Notes: a model not told the origin generated them from the letters alone. 39,122 nt of DNA from an uncultured Candidatus Saccharibacteria bacterium (GCA_964357805.1 CAYHMS010000001.1:17176-56297); one strand, 5' to 3'. Positions 14,766 through 23,102 are shown, counted from the stretch's first letter. Made by a program: numbers and translations.

Positions 14766-14975
14766 ATGCAAAATGGTACCGTAATCAAGAAGAACGATAA
14801 GGGCTTCGGCTTCATCAAAGTCGACGGAGCGCCGGAAGGTTCAAAAGACCTTTTCTTCCATTCCAACGAGCTCCAGAACATTTCGTTCGATGAGCTCCAG
14901 GAGGGAGACAAGGTTTCGTTCACCGTCGGTGACAGCCCGAAAGGGCCGAACGCCCTCGGCGTCAGCAAGGTCTAA
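14766..14975 (+). CDS. csp: Cold-shock domain protein (CspA family)
   Basis: GTVIKKNDKGFGFIK (RNP1-like) and DLFFHSNEL (RNP2-like); 69 aa. Confidence 0.9.
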   Translation: MQNGTVIKKNDKGFGFIKVDGAPEGSKDLFFHSNELQNISFDELQEGDKVSFTVGDSPKGPNALGVSKV

Positions 14976-14993
14976 TAAAATAGATTGAGCAAC

Positions 14994-15028
14994 AAAAAGC
15001 GTCCGCCACTGGCGGACGCTTTTTGTTT
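14994..15028. terminator. Bidirectional intrinsic terminator AAAAA-GCGTCCGCC-act-GGCGGACGC-TTTTTGTTT
   Basis: 9-bp perfect stem flanked by an A-run and a T-run, shared by the convergent csp and 15027-15680 genes. Confidence 0.85.
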
Positions 15029-15680
15029 ATGTTCGCGGGTCGGACTTACGCCACTCGATGAGACGGCCAGCTTTGAGCTCCATCGGGTCGGCTTTGCGGA
15101 TGTATCGCCAGTTCCCTTTCGGTACGAGATTGTAGTGCGGTAAGGAGCTCAACGCGTCCGCAATCTCCCACAAATCTTTTTCTGTAGTGAGCCAGTCAGT
15201 GCCGAATCGTGTGAGATTAAGGGGTTTGCTATAGCATTCAAGTGTCTTCTCCCGCGTCTCATTTATGAACCACTCGTGGAAATACGAGAGCGCGAGCTCG
15301 CGCGGCGTACGGTAAATCGGGTCGCGGAACCGAAGCGCTGCATGATTCGTCTTGCTGATGGCGCCGTAGTATCCGCCCCGCTTGTAGAGCGCGACGACGT
15401 GGTCCACGTCTCCCTTCCCGAGCCGTGCCGAGACATTCATGAGCAGTGGCGGTTCGCCGTGGAGCCAAAGCGCGGCGGCGGCGAGAAACGCTCCCTCAAT
15501 ACAGTGTGCTTTCTTCTCACGGAGCGCGCGGCGCGGCGACATATGGGTATCGCCTTTCTTCTCCCAATTGAACGCAAACGCATCGAGGAAATCCTGAATC
15601 TTAATCGGCGTGGTGAGGCACGCGAGTTTTTTGTATTCCCGTGACGTGAGCCCGGAGTGCGCACGCGTGAGACGCCTCAT
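15027..15680 (-). CDS. Hypothetical protein, possibly a transglutaminase-like cysteine peptidase fold
   Basis: 217-aa ORF. AHCIEGAFLAAAALW followed by DHVVALY suggests a Cys/His pair; the fold assignment is weak. Confidence 0.55.
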   Translation of the reverse strand: MRRLTRAHSGLTSREYKKLACLTTPIKIQDFLDAFAFNWEKKGDTHMSPRRALREKKAHCIEGAFLAAAALWLHGEPPLLMNVSARLGKGDVDHVVALYKRGGYYGAISKTNHAALRFRDPIYRTPRELALSYFHEWFINETREKTLECYSKPLNLTRFGTDWLTTEKDLWEIADALSSLPHYNLVPKGNWRYIRKADPMELKAGRLIEWRKSDPRT

Positions 15681-15692
15681 TCGTTAATGATA

Positions 15693-16253
15693 TCACTTGA
15701 GGGCGAGACCGTTCTTCCCGACGACCAATTTCGCGAGTTCCGTTTGTGTTTTCGGTATGTTTTTTATATCAATATGTCCCACGACACGAATGGTGACTCC
15801 CTCGCAAATGCCGAGTACCTCCGCCGCATTTTTCATTCCTTTATCGGTCGTCGCGTAGTCCGCTTTCGTATCAAAGAGCACGTCAATGCGGTCGGTATAG
15901 CGCGCATTCATCGCATCGGCGATAACGCGGTACCCGATGCGGTGCGCGACGACATCGTAGCCGCACGTTTCCCCCGACGAGATATTCGACCCGTCAAGTT
16001 CAATAATGGTGCCGAACGGAAATGTATCGGCAAGGTTTCGGGAGCGCGCCGCGACCACTTCCGGATTGGAGTACGCGCCGGAGGCGGTAACAAAAGGGTC
16101 GCTGTCGGTCTGTTCCGGTACGGCGTTGTACGCGGTAAGCGTCACCGCGTACGCCTGCTGCGGTGGCGCTTTGGGCGCCATCGCGTGGGCTGGTAGCGCC
16201 TGAGCGCCGCCAGAAAAAAGTAAAAACCCCATAAGGGCTGTAAGTGATACCAT
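15693..16253 (-). CDS. 3D-domain (MltA/RlpA-like double-psi beta-barrel) secreted protein
   Basis: Signal peptide, then VTLTAYNAVPEQTDSDPFVTASG, FGTIIEL and ADAMNARYTDRIDVLF. Confidence 0.8.
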   Translation of the reverse strand: MVSLTALMGFLLFSGGAQALPAHAMAPKAPPQQAYAVTLTAYNAVPEQTDSDPFVTASGAYSNPEVVAARSRNLADTFPFGTIIELDGSNISSGETCGYDVVAHRIGYRVIADAMNARYTDRIDVLFDTKADYATTDKGMKNAAEVLGICEGVTIRVVGHIDIKNIPKTQTELAKLVVGKNGLALK

Positions 16254-16280
16254 TGGATTGGTTACCGAAATAGCCAGTAG

Positions 16281-16826
16281 CTACCTCGTTGTTTCAATGT
16301 TAGCATATTGACTTTTGTTTGTCAATATGCGGAATGTGATATAGGCAACGATGATGCCGATAAGCGCCCCACCGACGATATCCGACGGATAATGGACGCC
16401 GGCGATTATGCGGCTTATCGTCATAAGTATCACTGCTATAAAAAAGGCAATACCCCATTTTTTGTTATAGAGATAGACCGCGGTCGCCATTGCGAAGAAG
16501 AACGCCGCGTGCCCCGACGGGAACGACCACTCGCTACTTGCAAGCAACTGGTGGACGGGGAGATCGGTGAACGGGCGTGGGCGGTGATAGAAAAAGCGGA
16601 TGAGTTCGGTAACGCCAACACGCGCGACGATGCTGGAAATTATAGTTACCAAAAATATTTGCAACTTCTCACGATTTTGATATTGAGAAAAGAACAAGAA
16701 AGCGAGGAAGAAAACGAGCAGAATATACGCCAGATACGAAGCAAAAAATACAATGACACTATCAAGAAAAGGCGACTGCCCTGCGAGGTTGTTGAGGAGG
16801 AGGAAGAGCTGTGTGTCCAGTGCCAT
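16281..16826 (-). CDS. PAP2 family phosphatase (undecaprenyl-diphosphatase-like)
   Basis: Motifs YHRPRP, SFPSGHAAF and SRIIAGVHYPSDIVGG. Start set at MALDTQ, 1 nt after the VIT stop. Confidence 0.8.
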   Translation of the reverse strand: MALDTQLFLLLNNLAGQSPFLDSVIVFFASYLAYILLVFFLAFLFFSQYQNREKLQIFLVTIISSIVARVGVTELIRFFYHRPRPFTDLPVHQLLASSEWSFPSGHAAFFFAMATAVYLYNKKWGIAFFIAVILMTISRIIAGVHYPSDIVGGALIGIIVAYITFRILTNKSQYANIETTR

Positions 16827-16827
16827 A

Positions 16828-17322
16828 TTAGACAGCCGGCATGAATGCGCCGATGGCGACGCCCATGGCAATCGCGGCTCCGCCGAGAAATGCCATCCGG
16901 GCGCCGCGCCACAGCATCGGGAGACGCGAGAAGCGAGCACCCACCATACCGACGATGAATAGCGAGAGGACGGACAGGCAGATGGATACAATGAGCGCAG
17001 TGCCCGAAGTGAATATGATGTAGGGGACGAGAGGAATGAGGGATGCAAGTACGCAGGAAATGAACATCAAAACTGCCGCTATCACCGAAGAACGGTCATT
17101 GACATTGGACTTGCTTATATATTCCTCGGCCGATTCTTCTGAGAGAAAGTCGCCCATCGCCATTGAGAATGCTTCAACGAGCGCGTAGATAATGCCGGTA
17201 AGAACGATTGTAGAACGCGGCACTCCCGCAACACTGATACCGGCGAGAAAGCCGACCGTAGAGACGAGACTGTCATTAATGCCGAAAATAATAGTGCGCA
17301 AATAGAGCGCGGAGGTTTTCAT
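16828..17322 (-). CDS. VIT1/CCC1 family iron/manganese transporter
   Basis: IFGINDSLVSTVGFLAGISVAG and VEAFSMAMGDFLSEESAEEY motifs; C-terminal TM bundle. Confidence 0.85.
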   Translation of the reverse strand: MKTSALYLRTIIFGINDSLVSTVGFLAGISVAGVPRSTIVLTGIIYALVEAFSMAMGDFLSEESAEEYISKSNVNDRSSVIAAVLMFISCVLASLIPLVPYIIFTSGTALIVSICLSVLSLFIVGMVGARFSRLPMLWRGARMAFLGGAAIAMGVAIGAFMPAV

Positions 17323-17328
17323 AGAAAA

Positions 17329-17337
17329 ATGATACCA
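17329..17337 (-). promoter_or_regulatory. Extended -10 box TGgTATCAT, 6 nt upstream of ATG 17322
   Basis: Read directly from the sequence; overlaps the divergent plus-strand -10 box. Confidence 0.5.
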
Positions 17338-17338
17338 T
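17330..17338 (+). promoter_or_regulatory. Extended -10 box TGaTACCAT, 7 nt upstream of ATG 17346
   Basis: Read directly from the sequence. Confidence 0.5.
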
Positions 17339-17345
17339 GAACGCG

Positions 17346-18047
17346 ATGCAAGAATTGAAGCCGAATGCAGACAAGCAATTGACTATTAGACTAGCGGGTG
17401 GGACATACGCGCGGCTGCCGATTAAGACCCACGTTGTCACCAAGGACGACACGATGAGCGACATCGTGAAGCGGTATGCGAAACCGCATCTGGTAGACGG
17501 CGACCTCCTTTTCATAAGCGAGCGCATTGTGGCGATAAGCCAAGGCAGAGCGTTCCCGATAACCGATATCAAGCCGTCGCTGCTTGCAAAATTGCTTGTA
17601 ACATTCGTCCACAAATCCCCTTACGGTATCGGGCTCGGGAGCCCGTGGACGATGGAGCTCGCTATCAGAGAAGCGGGAGCGGCAAGGATACTCTTGGGAG
17701 CGCTCGTGGCCGCTATGACGAAACCCTTCGGCATCAAAGGCCTGTTCTATACCATCGTCGGGAAAGGTATAAACGCCATCGACGGCCCGTGCGACTATAC
17801 ACTCCCGCCGTACAATACGTATGCAAAGTTAGGACCGGCCGAGCCGGAAAAAGTGGCGCGAAACTTGAGTGCGGAACTGCATTATGACATCGTTATCATT
17901 GATGCGAATGACCTCGGCGTTGCCGTTCTTGGAAAATCCAGCACAGATATTTCGGATGCTTTCTGCAAAGAGGTGTTCAAAGATAATCCGCTCGGGCAAT
18001 CCGCCGAACAAACTCCTTTGTGTATTGTCAGAAAAGTCGTCACGTGA
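17346..18047 (+). CDS. CofE-like (F420-0:gamma-glutamyl ligase fold) protein
   Basis: DGDLLFISERIVAISQGRAF and ID.NDLG motifs with the usual length. Start moved to ATG 17346 on promoter geometry (the track start is 17337). Confidence 0.7.
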   Translation: MQELKPNADKQLTIRLAGGTYARLPIKTHVVTKDDTMSDIVKRYAKPHLVDGDLLFISERIVAISQGRAFPITDIKPSLLAKLLVTFVHKSPYGIGLGSPWTMELAIREAGAARILLGALVAAMTKPFGIKGLFYTIVGKGINAIDGPCDYTLPPYNTYAKLGPAEPEKVARNLSAELHYDIVIIDANDLGVAVLGKSSTDISDAFCKEVFKDNPLGQSAEQTPLCIVRKVVT

Positions 18048-18078
18048 GCGATATGCGAAAGAGTTTCGCCTTTGGGAA

Positions 18079-18087
18079 TGTTAGAAT
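18079..18087 (+). promoter_or_regulatory. Extended -10 box TGtTAGAAT, 7 nt upstream of ATG 18095
   Basis: Read directly from the sequence. Confidence 0.5.
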
Positions 18088-18094
18088 GAACGGC

Positions 18095-19069
18095 ATGGAG
18101 GAGCAAATTCTACGATTCTCCGAACAGTTCGCGTGGAAACCGGAACTTGTTCGCGCCGAACGATTGCCGGAGAACGTTGTGCATTTCATCGTTTGCGGCA
18201 TGGGCGGTTCGCACTTGGGCGCCCGTCTATTGCTTCGGCATAATCCGGCGCTTAACCTTTTGATTCATAGCGACTACGGAGTGCCGCGAGAGTCCCCCGA
18301 GCGTCTGCGCACGGCACTCATCATTGCAAGCTCGTATTCGGGAGAAACGGAAGAAACGTTGGACGCGGCACGAGAAGCGGTGAAGGATGGGCTCGCCGTT
18401 GCAGTCGTAACGACTGGCGGAGCACTTGCGCGCTTCGCCGAAGAACACGAATTACCGCTCATTCTCATACCGAAGAAAAAAGTCGAGCCGCGGATGGCTG
18501 TGGGCGCGTTCATGCTCGCGTTCGCGCGGTTCATGCGCAACACAGACCTTGAAACTGACATTCGCAAAATCGGTTCGGGCGTAGAGGTGAGGAAAGGACA
18601 GGTGGACGGTGAAGCACTCGCAAAACGACTTGTCGGTTCCATTCCCCTCATATATGCATCTACCTTTAATGCACCACTTGCCTATGTCTGGAAAATAGCG
18701 TTTAACGAGACGAGCAAGGTTCCGTCATTTTATAATTTCTTTCCCGAAGTGTGTCACAACGAGCTCTCGGGCTTCGACAGCGTCGAACAGGCACGGATGC
18801 TTTCTTCCCATCTTCATGTGCTCATGCTACAGGATAGCGATGATAATCCACGCATCAGTAAAAGAATGCATTTGATGCAGGGACTCCTTGAAGCGCGCGG
18901 GGTTGCGGTCTCTACGGTTAAACTTGTTGGCGCGAACGGTCTTGAAAAAGCTCTGAACGGTGTCCTCATGGGGGTTTGGACGGCGCTTGCACTCGCGAAA
19001 CAATACCAGGCGCCGGATGCGACAACGCCGCTCATCGCGGAATTCAAGCGTAACATGCTGGAGTCATGA
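18095..19069 (+). CDS. Bifunctional phosphoglucose/phosphomannose isomerase (SIS domain)
   Basis: CGMGGSHLGARLL, SSYSGETEETL and WKIAFNETSKVP..FPEVCHNELSGF motifs. Confidence 0.8.
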   Translation: MEEQILRFSEQFAWKPELVRAERLPENVVHFIVCGMGGSHLGARLLLRHNPALNLLIHSDYGVPRESPERLRTALIIASSYSGETEETLDAAREAVKDGLAVAVVTTGGALARFAEEHELPLILIPKKKVEPRMAVGAFMLAFARFMRNTDLETDIRKIGSGVEVRKGQVDGEALAKRLVGSIPLIYASTFNAPLAYVWKIAFNETSKVPSFYNFFPEVCHNELSGFDSVEQARMLSSHLHVLMLQDSDDNPRISKRMHLMQGLLEARGVAVSTVKLVGANGLEKALNGVLMGVWTALALAKQYQAPDATTPLIAEFKRNMLES

Positions 19070-19878
19070 TTATCATCGCGGACATAGGTGCGACTCATAT
19101 GCGCATTGCGGCGAGTGATGCGTCCGACTCTTTTGAAGAGGCCATAGTGCTTAATACTCCTGCTGAAGGTGATGCAGGGGTCGCGGCGTTTAGAGACGCG
19201 GCGCTTCGCGCCGTGCATGGTCGTTCTATCACTCAAGGCGTGATTGGTATCGCCGGACTCCTTTCCGCGAACCGTCAGATATTGCTGCGGTCTCCGCACT
19301 TGCGAGGGTGGGAAGGAAAAAATGTAGCGGACGCGTTTGGCCAGGCACTTGGCGTTCCTGTCCGTTTCGAAAATGATGTGGCGCTTGGCGCACTTGGCGA
19401 AGCGCGGTTTGGCGCCGGGAGGGGTATTTCAATTGTCGCCTATATTGCGGTGGGTACGGGTGTAAACGGCGCACGCGTCGTCGATGGTCGCATCGACCGG
19501 ACTGCATTTGGTTTTGAAATCGGACATCAGCTCCTTGGTCTCGATGCAAACGCGCCCGAATGGGAAGCACTGGTCTCCGGTTCGGGGCTCGAGGCGAGAT
19601 ACGGTACCCCTCCGCGCGATATCACCGACCCTGCGATATTGAACGAGTGCGCTGATAACATTGCACGAGGACTGTATAACACCATTCTGCTCTGGTCTCC
19701 CGAACGTGTCGTGCTTGGAGGGTCTCTCTCCATTGGGGTAAACGCCATTCCGCTTGAACGCGTGACAACCACTCTTCGCTCTATCAACAAAGAGCTTCCC
19801 GAATTGCCCGACATCCGCCTCGCCGCTCTTGGCGACCATTCTGGTCTGTACGGTGCTCTCGCTCTCAATCTCGCATGA
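19066..19878 (+). CDS. ROK family sugar kinase (glucokinase-like)
   Basis: IIADIGATHMRIA N-terminus and ENDVALGALGEARFGAGRG; its ATG overlaps the upstream stop. Confidence 0.75.
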   Translation: MIIIADIGATHMRIAASDASDSFEEAIVLNTPAEGDAGVAAFRDAALRAVHGRSITQGVIGIAGLLSANRQILLRSPHLRGWEGKNVADAFGQALGVPVRFENDVALGALGEARFGAGRGISIVAYIAVGTGVNGARVVDGRIDRTAFGFEIGHQLLGLDANAPEWEALVSGSGLEARYGTPPRDITDPAILNECADNIARGLYNTILLWSPERVVLGGSLSIGVNAIPLERVTTTLRSINKELPELPDIRLAALGDHSGLYGALALNLA

Positions 19879-21550
19879 GTCGGACAAGTCGAATTGTTTC
19901 AAAAGAATGGCGGCCGCGGAGCGCGTGGAAGACGGGTGAGAGGCGCTCGCTTCCAGAGGTTGCGAGCGCCTCGTGAATCTCGTCAATGATATTGAGTGGA
20001 ATGAGATGAGCGAAGTCGGCGCGCGCGAGCTTCCCTATTTCTGCGAGCTCTTCCAGATGCTTCACGATGGTTGAGGCGACGAGCCCGCGCGCTTTGACTG
20101 CCTCTTTCAAACTTTTTGAATCTCGCACGGTCTGCAGTGTTTCTGCTAATCTTCCCGGCAATCTCACAACTTTTTGTTTCGGATTTCGTGCTTCGGATTT
20201 CGTGCTTGCATCAAACCACGCTCCTCCCATCGCTTTTACAAATTTCTTCTGCATCGTTGTCGTCTCTGCTTCCGGCATTGTCACGAATGTATCCCGCGCC
20301 GCGTCAGACGCGGCGCGGAGGTCTTCATCTTTTTCTAAAATCTCCGGATGTACTTCAAGTGCACGTTTATTGAGGCCGGTGAGATACACGCCGCTCAATC
20401 TGCGTACGCGTGAGAGCGCGACATATCCCTGCCCGTATTCAAACGCTTTTGATAAATCCATAATGGCCGCGTCCATACTCATCCCCTGGCTCTTGTGCAC
20501 CGTCATCGCATAGGCGAGCCGAAGCGGTATCTGCGAGATGCTCGCACGCACTTTTCCCTGTTCCTCAAGTTGCCACTCCATCGGCTCGGTCGTAATTCGT
20601 AGGCCATTTTTAGTTTTAATAATCGGCATACCGTCAGCCGCCCAGCCGGCGACGATGCCGAGCGTCCCATTGACGAACCGCCCTTGCCTGCCTGCGGAGG
20701 CAGGCGGCGAGTTCTTGGTAAACATTACCGCCGCACCCTCTTTCAGTTCCAGGACTTCTGGCGAGAGACATCCGCGCATAAGCCCCTCCACGAGCGAATC
20801 CTTCCCTTTCGAACTCATCTTGAATTTCTTTGACGCGCCCGGGAGTTTTGCGAGTTCGGTAGCATTGATGCGGTCGACGTCCGCGTTATGCGAAAAGAGT
20901 TTTGGCGCGTCCGCGGGAAGTTCTGTCGGCTCAATGTGACGCCTCATCAACTCCTCGTAGTGCAGCGTCTCGACATTTCCCGAACGTATCGCGGAAAGCA
21001 CGCCGAGAAATGCGGTATCGTCCTGTCGATACTGTTCGGTCAGGTAGCAAGTGAGCAGATTTAAGTCGCGCCAAACTTTTGACGCGTATGCGAACTCTAC
21101 TTCACGTCTTCGCGACACAGGCGGCAATTGAAAAAAATCGCCCACGAGAATAACCGTAAGCCCGCCGAAGGGCGCATCAACGCGGCGCACTTCACGGCAA
21201 ATCACATCCGCCATTTCAAACGTCGTCGCCGAGAGCATTGATATCTCCTCAATAATAAGCACCTTCGCTTTCATAAGGCGCTTCGCGATATGTTCCTTGC
21301 TCGCGATACGGTCCACATCGACGCGAGAGAGCGACTCATTAATGCCGATGCCGCTCCAGGAGTGCAGTGTCATACCCGCGACGTGTGTTGCGGCGATGCC
21401 GGTCGCCGCAGTCACTGAGGGTTCGATGCCTGACGCGCGCAACCACGCGATGAACTCGTTTATCGTATGCGTCTTCCCACTCCCGGGCTCGCCGGTCAGA
21501 TATACGTTCGCCCCCGTCTTCAGTATCGTGAGCGCCTCTCCTTGTGTCAT
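19865..21550 (-). CDS. Pif1/RecD-like SF1 helicase with a C-terminal helix-turn-helix extension
   Basis: GEPGSGKTH (Walker A), LIIEEISM, VGDFFQLPPV and TVHKSQGMSMD motifs. Confidence 0.85.
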   Translation of the reverse strand: MTQGEALTILKTGANVYLTGEPGSGKTHTINEFIAWLRASGIEPSVTAATGIAATHVAGMTLHSWSGIGINESLSRVDVDRIASKEHIAKRLMKAKVLIIEEISMLSATTFEMADVICREVRRVDAPFGGLTVILVGDFFQLPPVSRRREVEFAYASKVWRDLNLLTCYLTEQYRQDDTAFLGVLSAIRSGNVETLHYEELMRRHIEPTELPADAPKLFSHNADVDRINATELAKLPGASKKFKMSSKGKDSLVEGLMRGCLSPEVLELKEGAAVMFTKNSPPASAGRQGRFVNGTLGIVAGWAADGMPIIKTKNGLRITTEPMEWQLEEQGKVRASISQIPLRLAYAMTVHKSQGMSMDAAIMDLSKAFEYGQGYVALSRVRRLSGVYLTGLNKRALEVHPEILEKDEDLRAASDAARDTFVTMPEAETTTMQKKFVKAMGGAWFDASTKSEARNPKQKVVRLPGRLAETLQTVRDSKSLKEAVKARGLVASTIVKHLEELAEIGKLARADFAHLIPLNIIDEIHEALATSGSERLSPVFHALRGRHSFETIRLVRLMRD

Positions 21551-21556
21551 TCAGAC

Positions 21557-21562
21557 ACTATA
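21557..21562 (-). promoter_or_regulatory. -10 box TATAGT, 6 nt upstream of ATG 21550
   Basis: Read directly from the sequence. Confidence 0.4.
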
Positions 21563-21569
21563 CGTGATG

Positions 21570-21836
21570 TTAGCCGCGATGTAACCAATTCCAAATTTTC
21601 GCGAAAGCATAACCGAGAACATAACCAACGACTGTGGCAATGACAATAACCGTGACGGCCGCGGAAAAGTCAAACGCTTTGATGACTACCGGCGCACTGA
21701 CCATATGCGCCCATAAACTGAAGTTGACGAGCGCCTGCGCCCAGCCGAGCGCGACGAGGATAGCCCAGACGAGATGCAAGCCGCCTACAAGCGTACCGAA
21801 TGCGAGACCGGTCTTCCTTGGATTAAGGTGATTCAT
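21570..21836 (-). CDS. Small membrane protein (3 TM), unknown function
   Basis: 88-aa hydrophobic ORF lying between nuclease P1 and the helicase. Confidence 0.6.
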   Translation of the reverse strand: MNHLNPRKTGLAFGTLVGGLHLVWAILVALGWAQALVNFSLWAHMVSAPVVIKAFDFSAAVTVIVIATVVGYVLGYAFAKIWNWLHRG

Positions 21837-21843
21837 ACCAACA

Positions 21844-21849
21844 ATGTTA
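21844..21849 (-). promoter_or_regulatory. -10 box TAACAT, 7 nt upstream of ATG 21836
   Basis: Read directly from the sequence. Confidence 0.35.
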
Positions 21850-21874
21850 TTCGACTAATGCTTGTATGATACTC

Positions 21875-21895
21875 CCGCCCCGCTCTGCGGGGCGG
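21875..21895 (-). terminator. GC-rich hairpin CCGCCCCGC-aga-GCGGGGCGG with no U-tract
   Basis: 9-bp stem downstream of nuclease P1 and of 37-bp element copy A. Confidence 0.4.
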
Positions 21896-21918
21896 CGCCA
21901 GGTGCATAACTAGTCACC

Positions 21919-21955
21919 ATCCAAAACAAGGGACGACCGTCTCTTATTGTGGATA
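21919..21955 (-). repeat. 37-bp element, copy A (plus strand ATCCAAAACAAGGGACGACCGTCTCTTATTGTGGATA)
   Basis: 30-31 of 37 identical to copies B and C. Lies 6 nt beyond the stop codon of nuclease P1. Confidence 0.85.
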
Positions 21956-21961
21956 GTCGTT

Positions 21962-22804
21962 TCAGATTAGGTACGCGTCTTGGCCATAGCCGGCGACGCC
22001 GAGGTACTCTGCTTCGCCCTTTAATATCGCTTCGTACGGTTGACAGGCAAAACAGCTCGCGGGGCCGCGCGGGCACTCATACGCGCGCCGTTCGCGAGCG
22101 TCTTTCACACGCCGCGCGAGCGCGAGAACCTTCTCTCTCGCTTGGGCCGCATCCGGCAGAGCCATCTCGGTTGGAGCATCATTCTTCTCGAGATACCAAT
22201 ACGCCGCGCCGCTCACGCGGCGCTTCTGGAGTTCGTTTAGCAATAGGAGATATATCGGCAACTGAAGCGAGTCCTCGCCTTCCTCATTCTTCCCCGTCTT
22301 GAAATCAATAACGCGAATGCTGTCATCTGTCTCAACATACTCCAGCCAATCAATGAGCCCGCAGAGAATAATATTGTCCTCTTCAGAAAGATAGAAATTC
22401 GGGGGCATGTTGTTCTCGGATTCTTTGAGACGAATTGTTTTCTTCGCAATCGGTCCGGGATTCTGCATTACCCGCTCAATCATGGCGCGGCCGCGCGCTT
22501 TCGCGGCCGCCTCTTCCTCGCCACTTGTAAATCCGCCTTTCTTGCCGGACGCATTCGCCGCCCACTCCTTCTCAAAATCGGCGAGCAGGTCGCAGCGCAG
22601 GCGCTCCTCGACCGGTAGTGTCCCCAACGCTTCAAGCGTCGCATGCACTGCGCTCCCGAGCGAGAGCGCAGGATTCACAATCGTTATTTTCCGTCCGGTG
22701 TCCGGATTCTTATACACATTGTGCAAGTAATAGAGGCGCGGGCACTTCAAGAAGTCCCCAATTGACGAATGCGACACCCACACCGCATTGTATTTATCCG
22801 CCAT
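21962..22804 (-). CDS. PD-(D/E)XK nuclease, Cas4/AddB-like, with a four-Cys cluster (called P1 here)
   Basis: SHSSIGDFLKCP, GSAVHATLE and VIDFKTGK (D..K core) motifs, plus C-terminal CPRGPASCFAC cysteines. Start set at MADKYN. Confidence 0.8.
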   Translation of the reverse strand: MADKYNAVWVSHSSIGDFLKCPRLYYLHNVYKNPDTGRKITIVNPALSLGSAVHATLEALGTLPVEERLRCDLLADFEKEWAANASGKKGGFTSGEEEAAAKARGRAMIERVMQNPGPIAKKTIRLKESENNMPPNFYLSEEDNIILCGLIDWLEYVETDDSIRVIDFKTGKNEEGEDSLQLPIYLLLLNELQKRRVSGAAYWYLEKNDAPTEMALPDAAQAREKVLALARRVKDARERRAYECPRGPASCFACQPYEAILKGEAEYLGVAGYGQDAYLI

Positions 22805-22810
22805 GCTCCT

Positions 22811-22816
22811 ATCATA
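22811..22816 (-). promoter_or_regulatory. -10 box TATGAT, 6 nt upstream of ATG 22804
   Basis: Read directly from the sequence. Confidence 0.4.
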
Positions 22817-22852
22817 TCGCACGAACTCATAGAACCGCAGATATCACCCACT

Positions 22853-22967
22853 ATCCACGATTTATGCCGACCGGTACATAGTGTGGATACTATCCAAAAT
22901 AGAGGACGACCGCATCATATTGTGGATGGTATCCAAGACTTGTCGCTATAGCGACAAGTTGTGGATA
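22853..22967 (-). repeat. Three abutting 37-bp elements (22853-22889, 22892-22928, 22931-22967) in exact 39-bp phase
   Basis: Each unit starts ATCCA(A/C) and ends GTGTGGAT or TTGTGGAT. The middle unit is copy B. The third unit carries the 22-bp perfect palindrome ACTTGTCGCTATAGCGACAAGT (22938-22959). Confidence 0.85.
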
Positions 22968-23102
22968 GCGCCACACAACAGCCGCCCCAGCGTGGCGTAC
23001 CTACGGGCTATATTCCTACAAGGTCGAACCTTGTAATAAGTAAAACTTTATATTTTCTATCTTTCACTTCCACTTCCCGAAAGGTGACGCCTTGTGGATT
23101 TA

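Noticed and set aside
16281-17048. 255-aa version of the PAP2 ORF overlapping the VIT1 gene
   Set aside because: The N-terminal 74 codons are Ser/Pro/Cys-rich and overlap VIT1 in another frame. The PAP2 homology begins at MALDTQ (16826), 1 nt after the VIT1 stop.
22853-22967. CRISPR array interpretation of the 39-bp-phased repeats
   Set aside because: There are only three units, and they abut each other with 2-nt gaps rather than 25-40-nt spacers. Their cores differ while their ends are conserved, and there are no cas genes.
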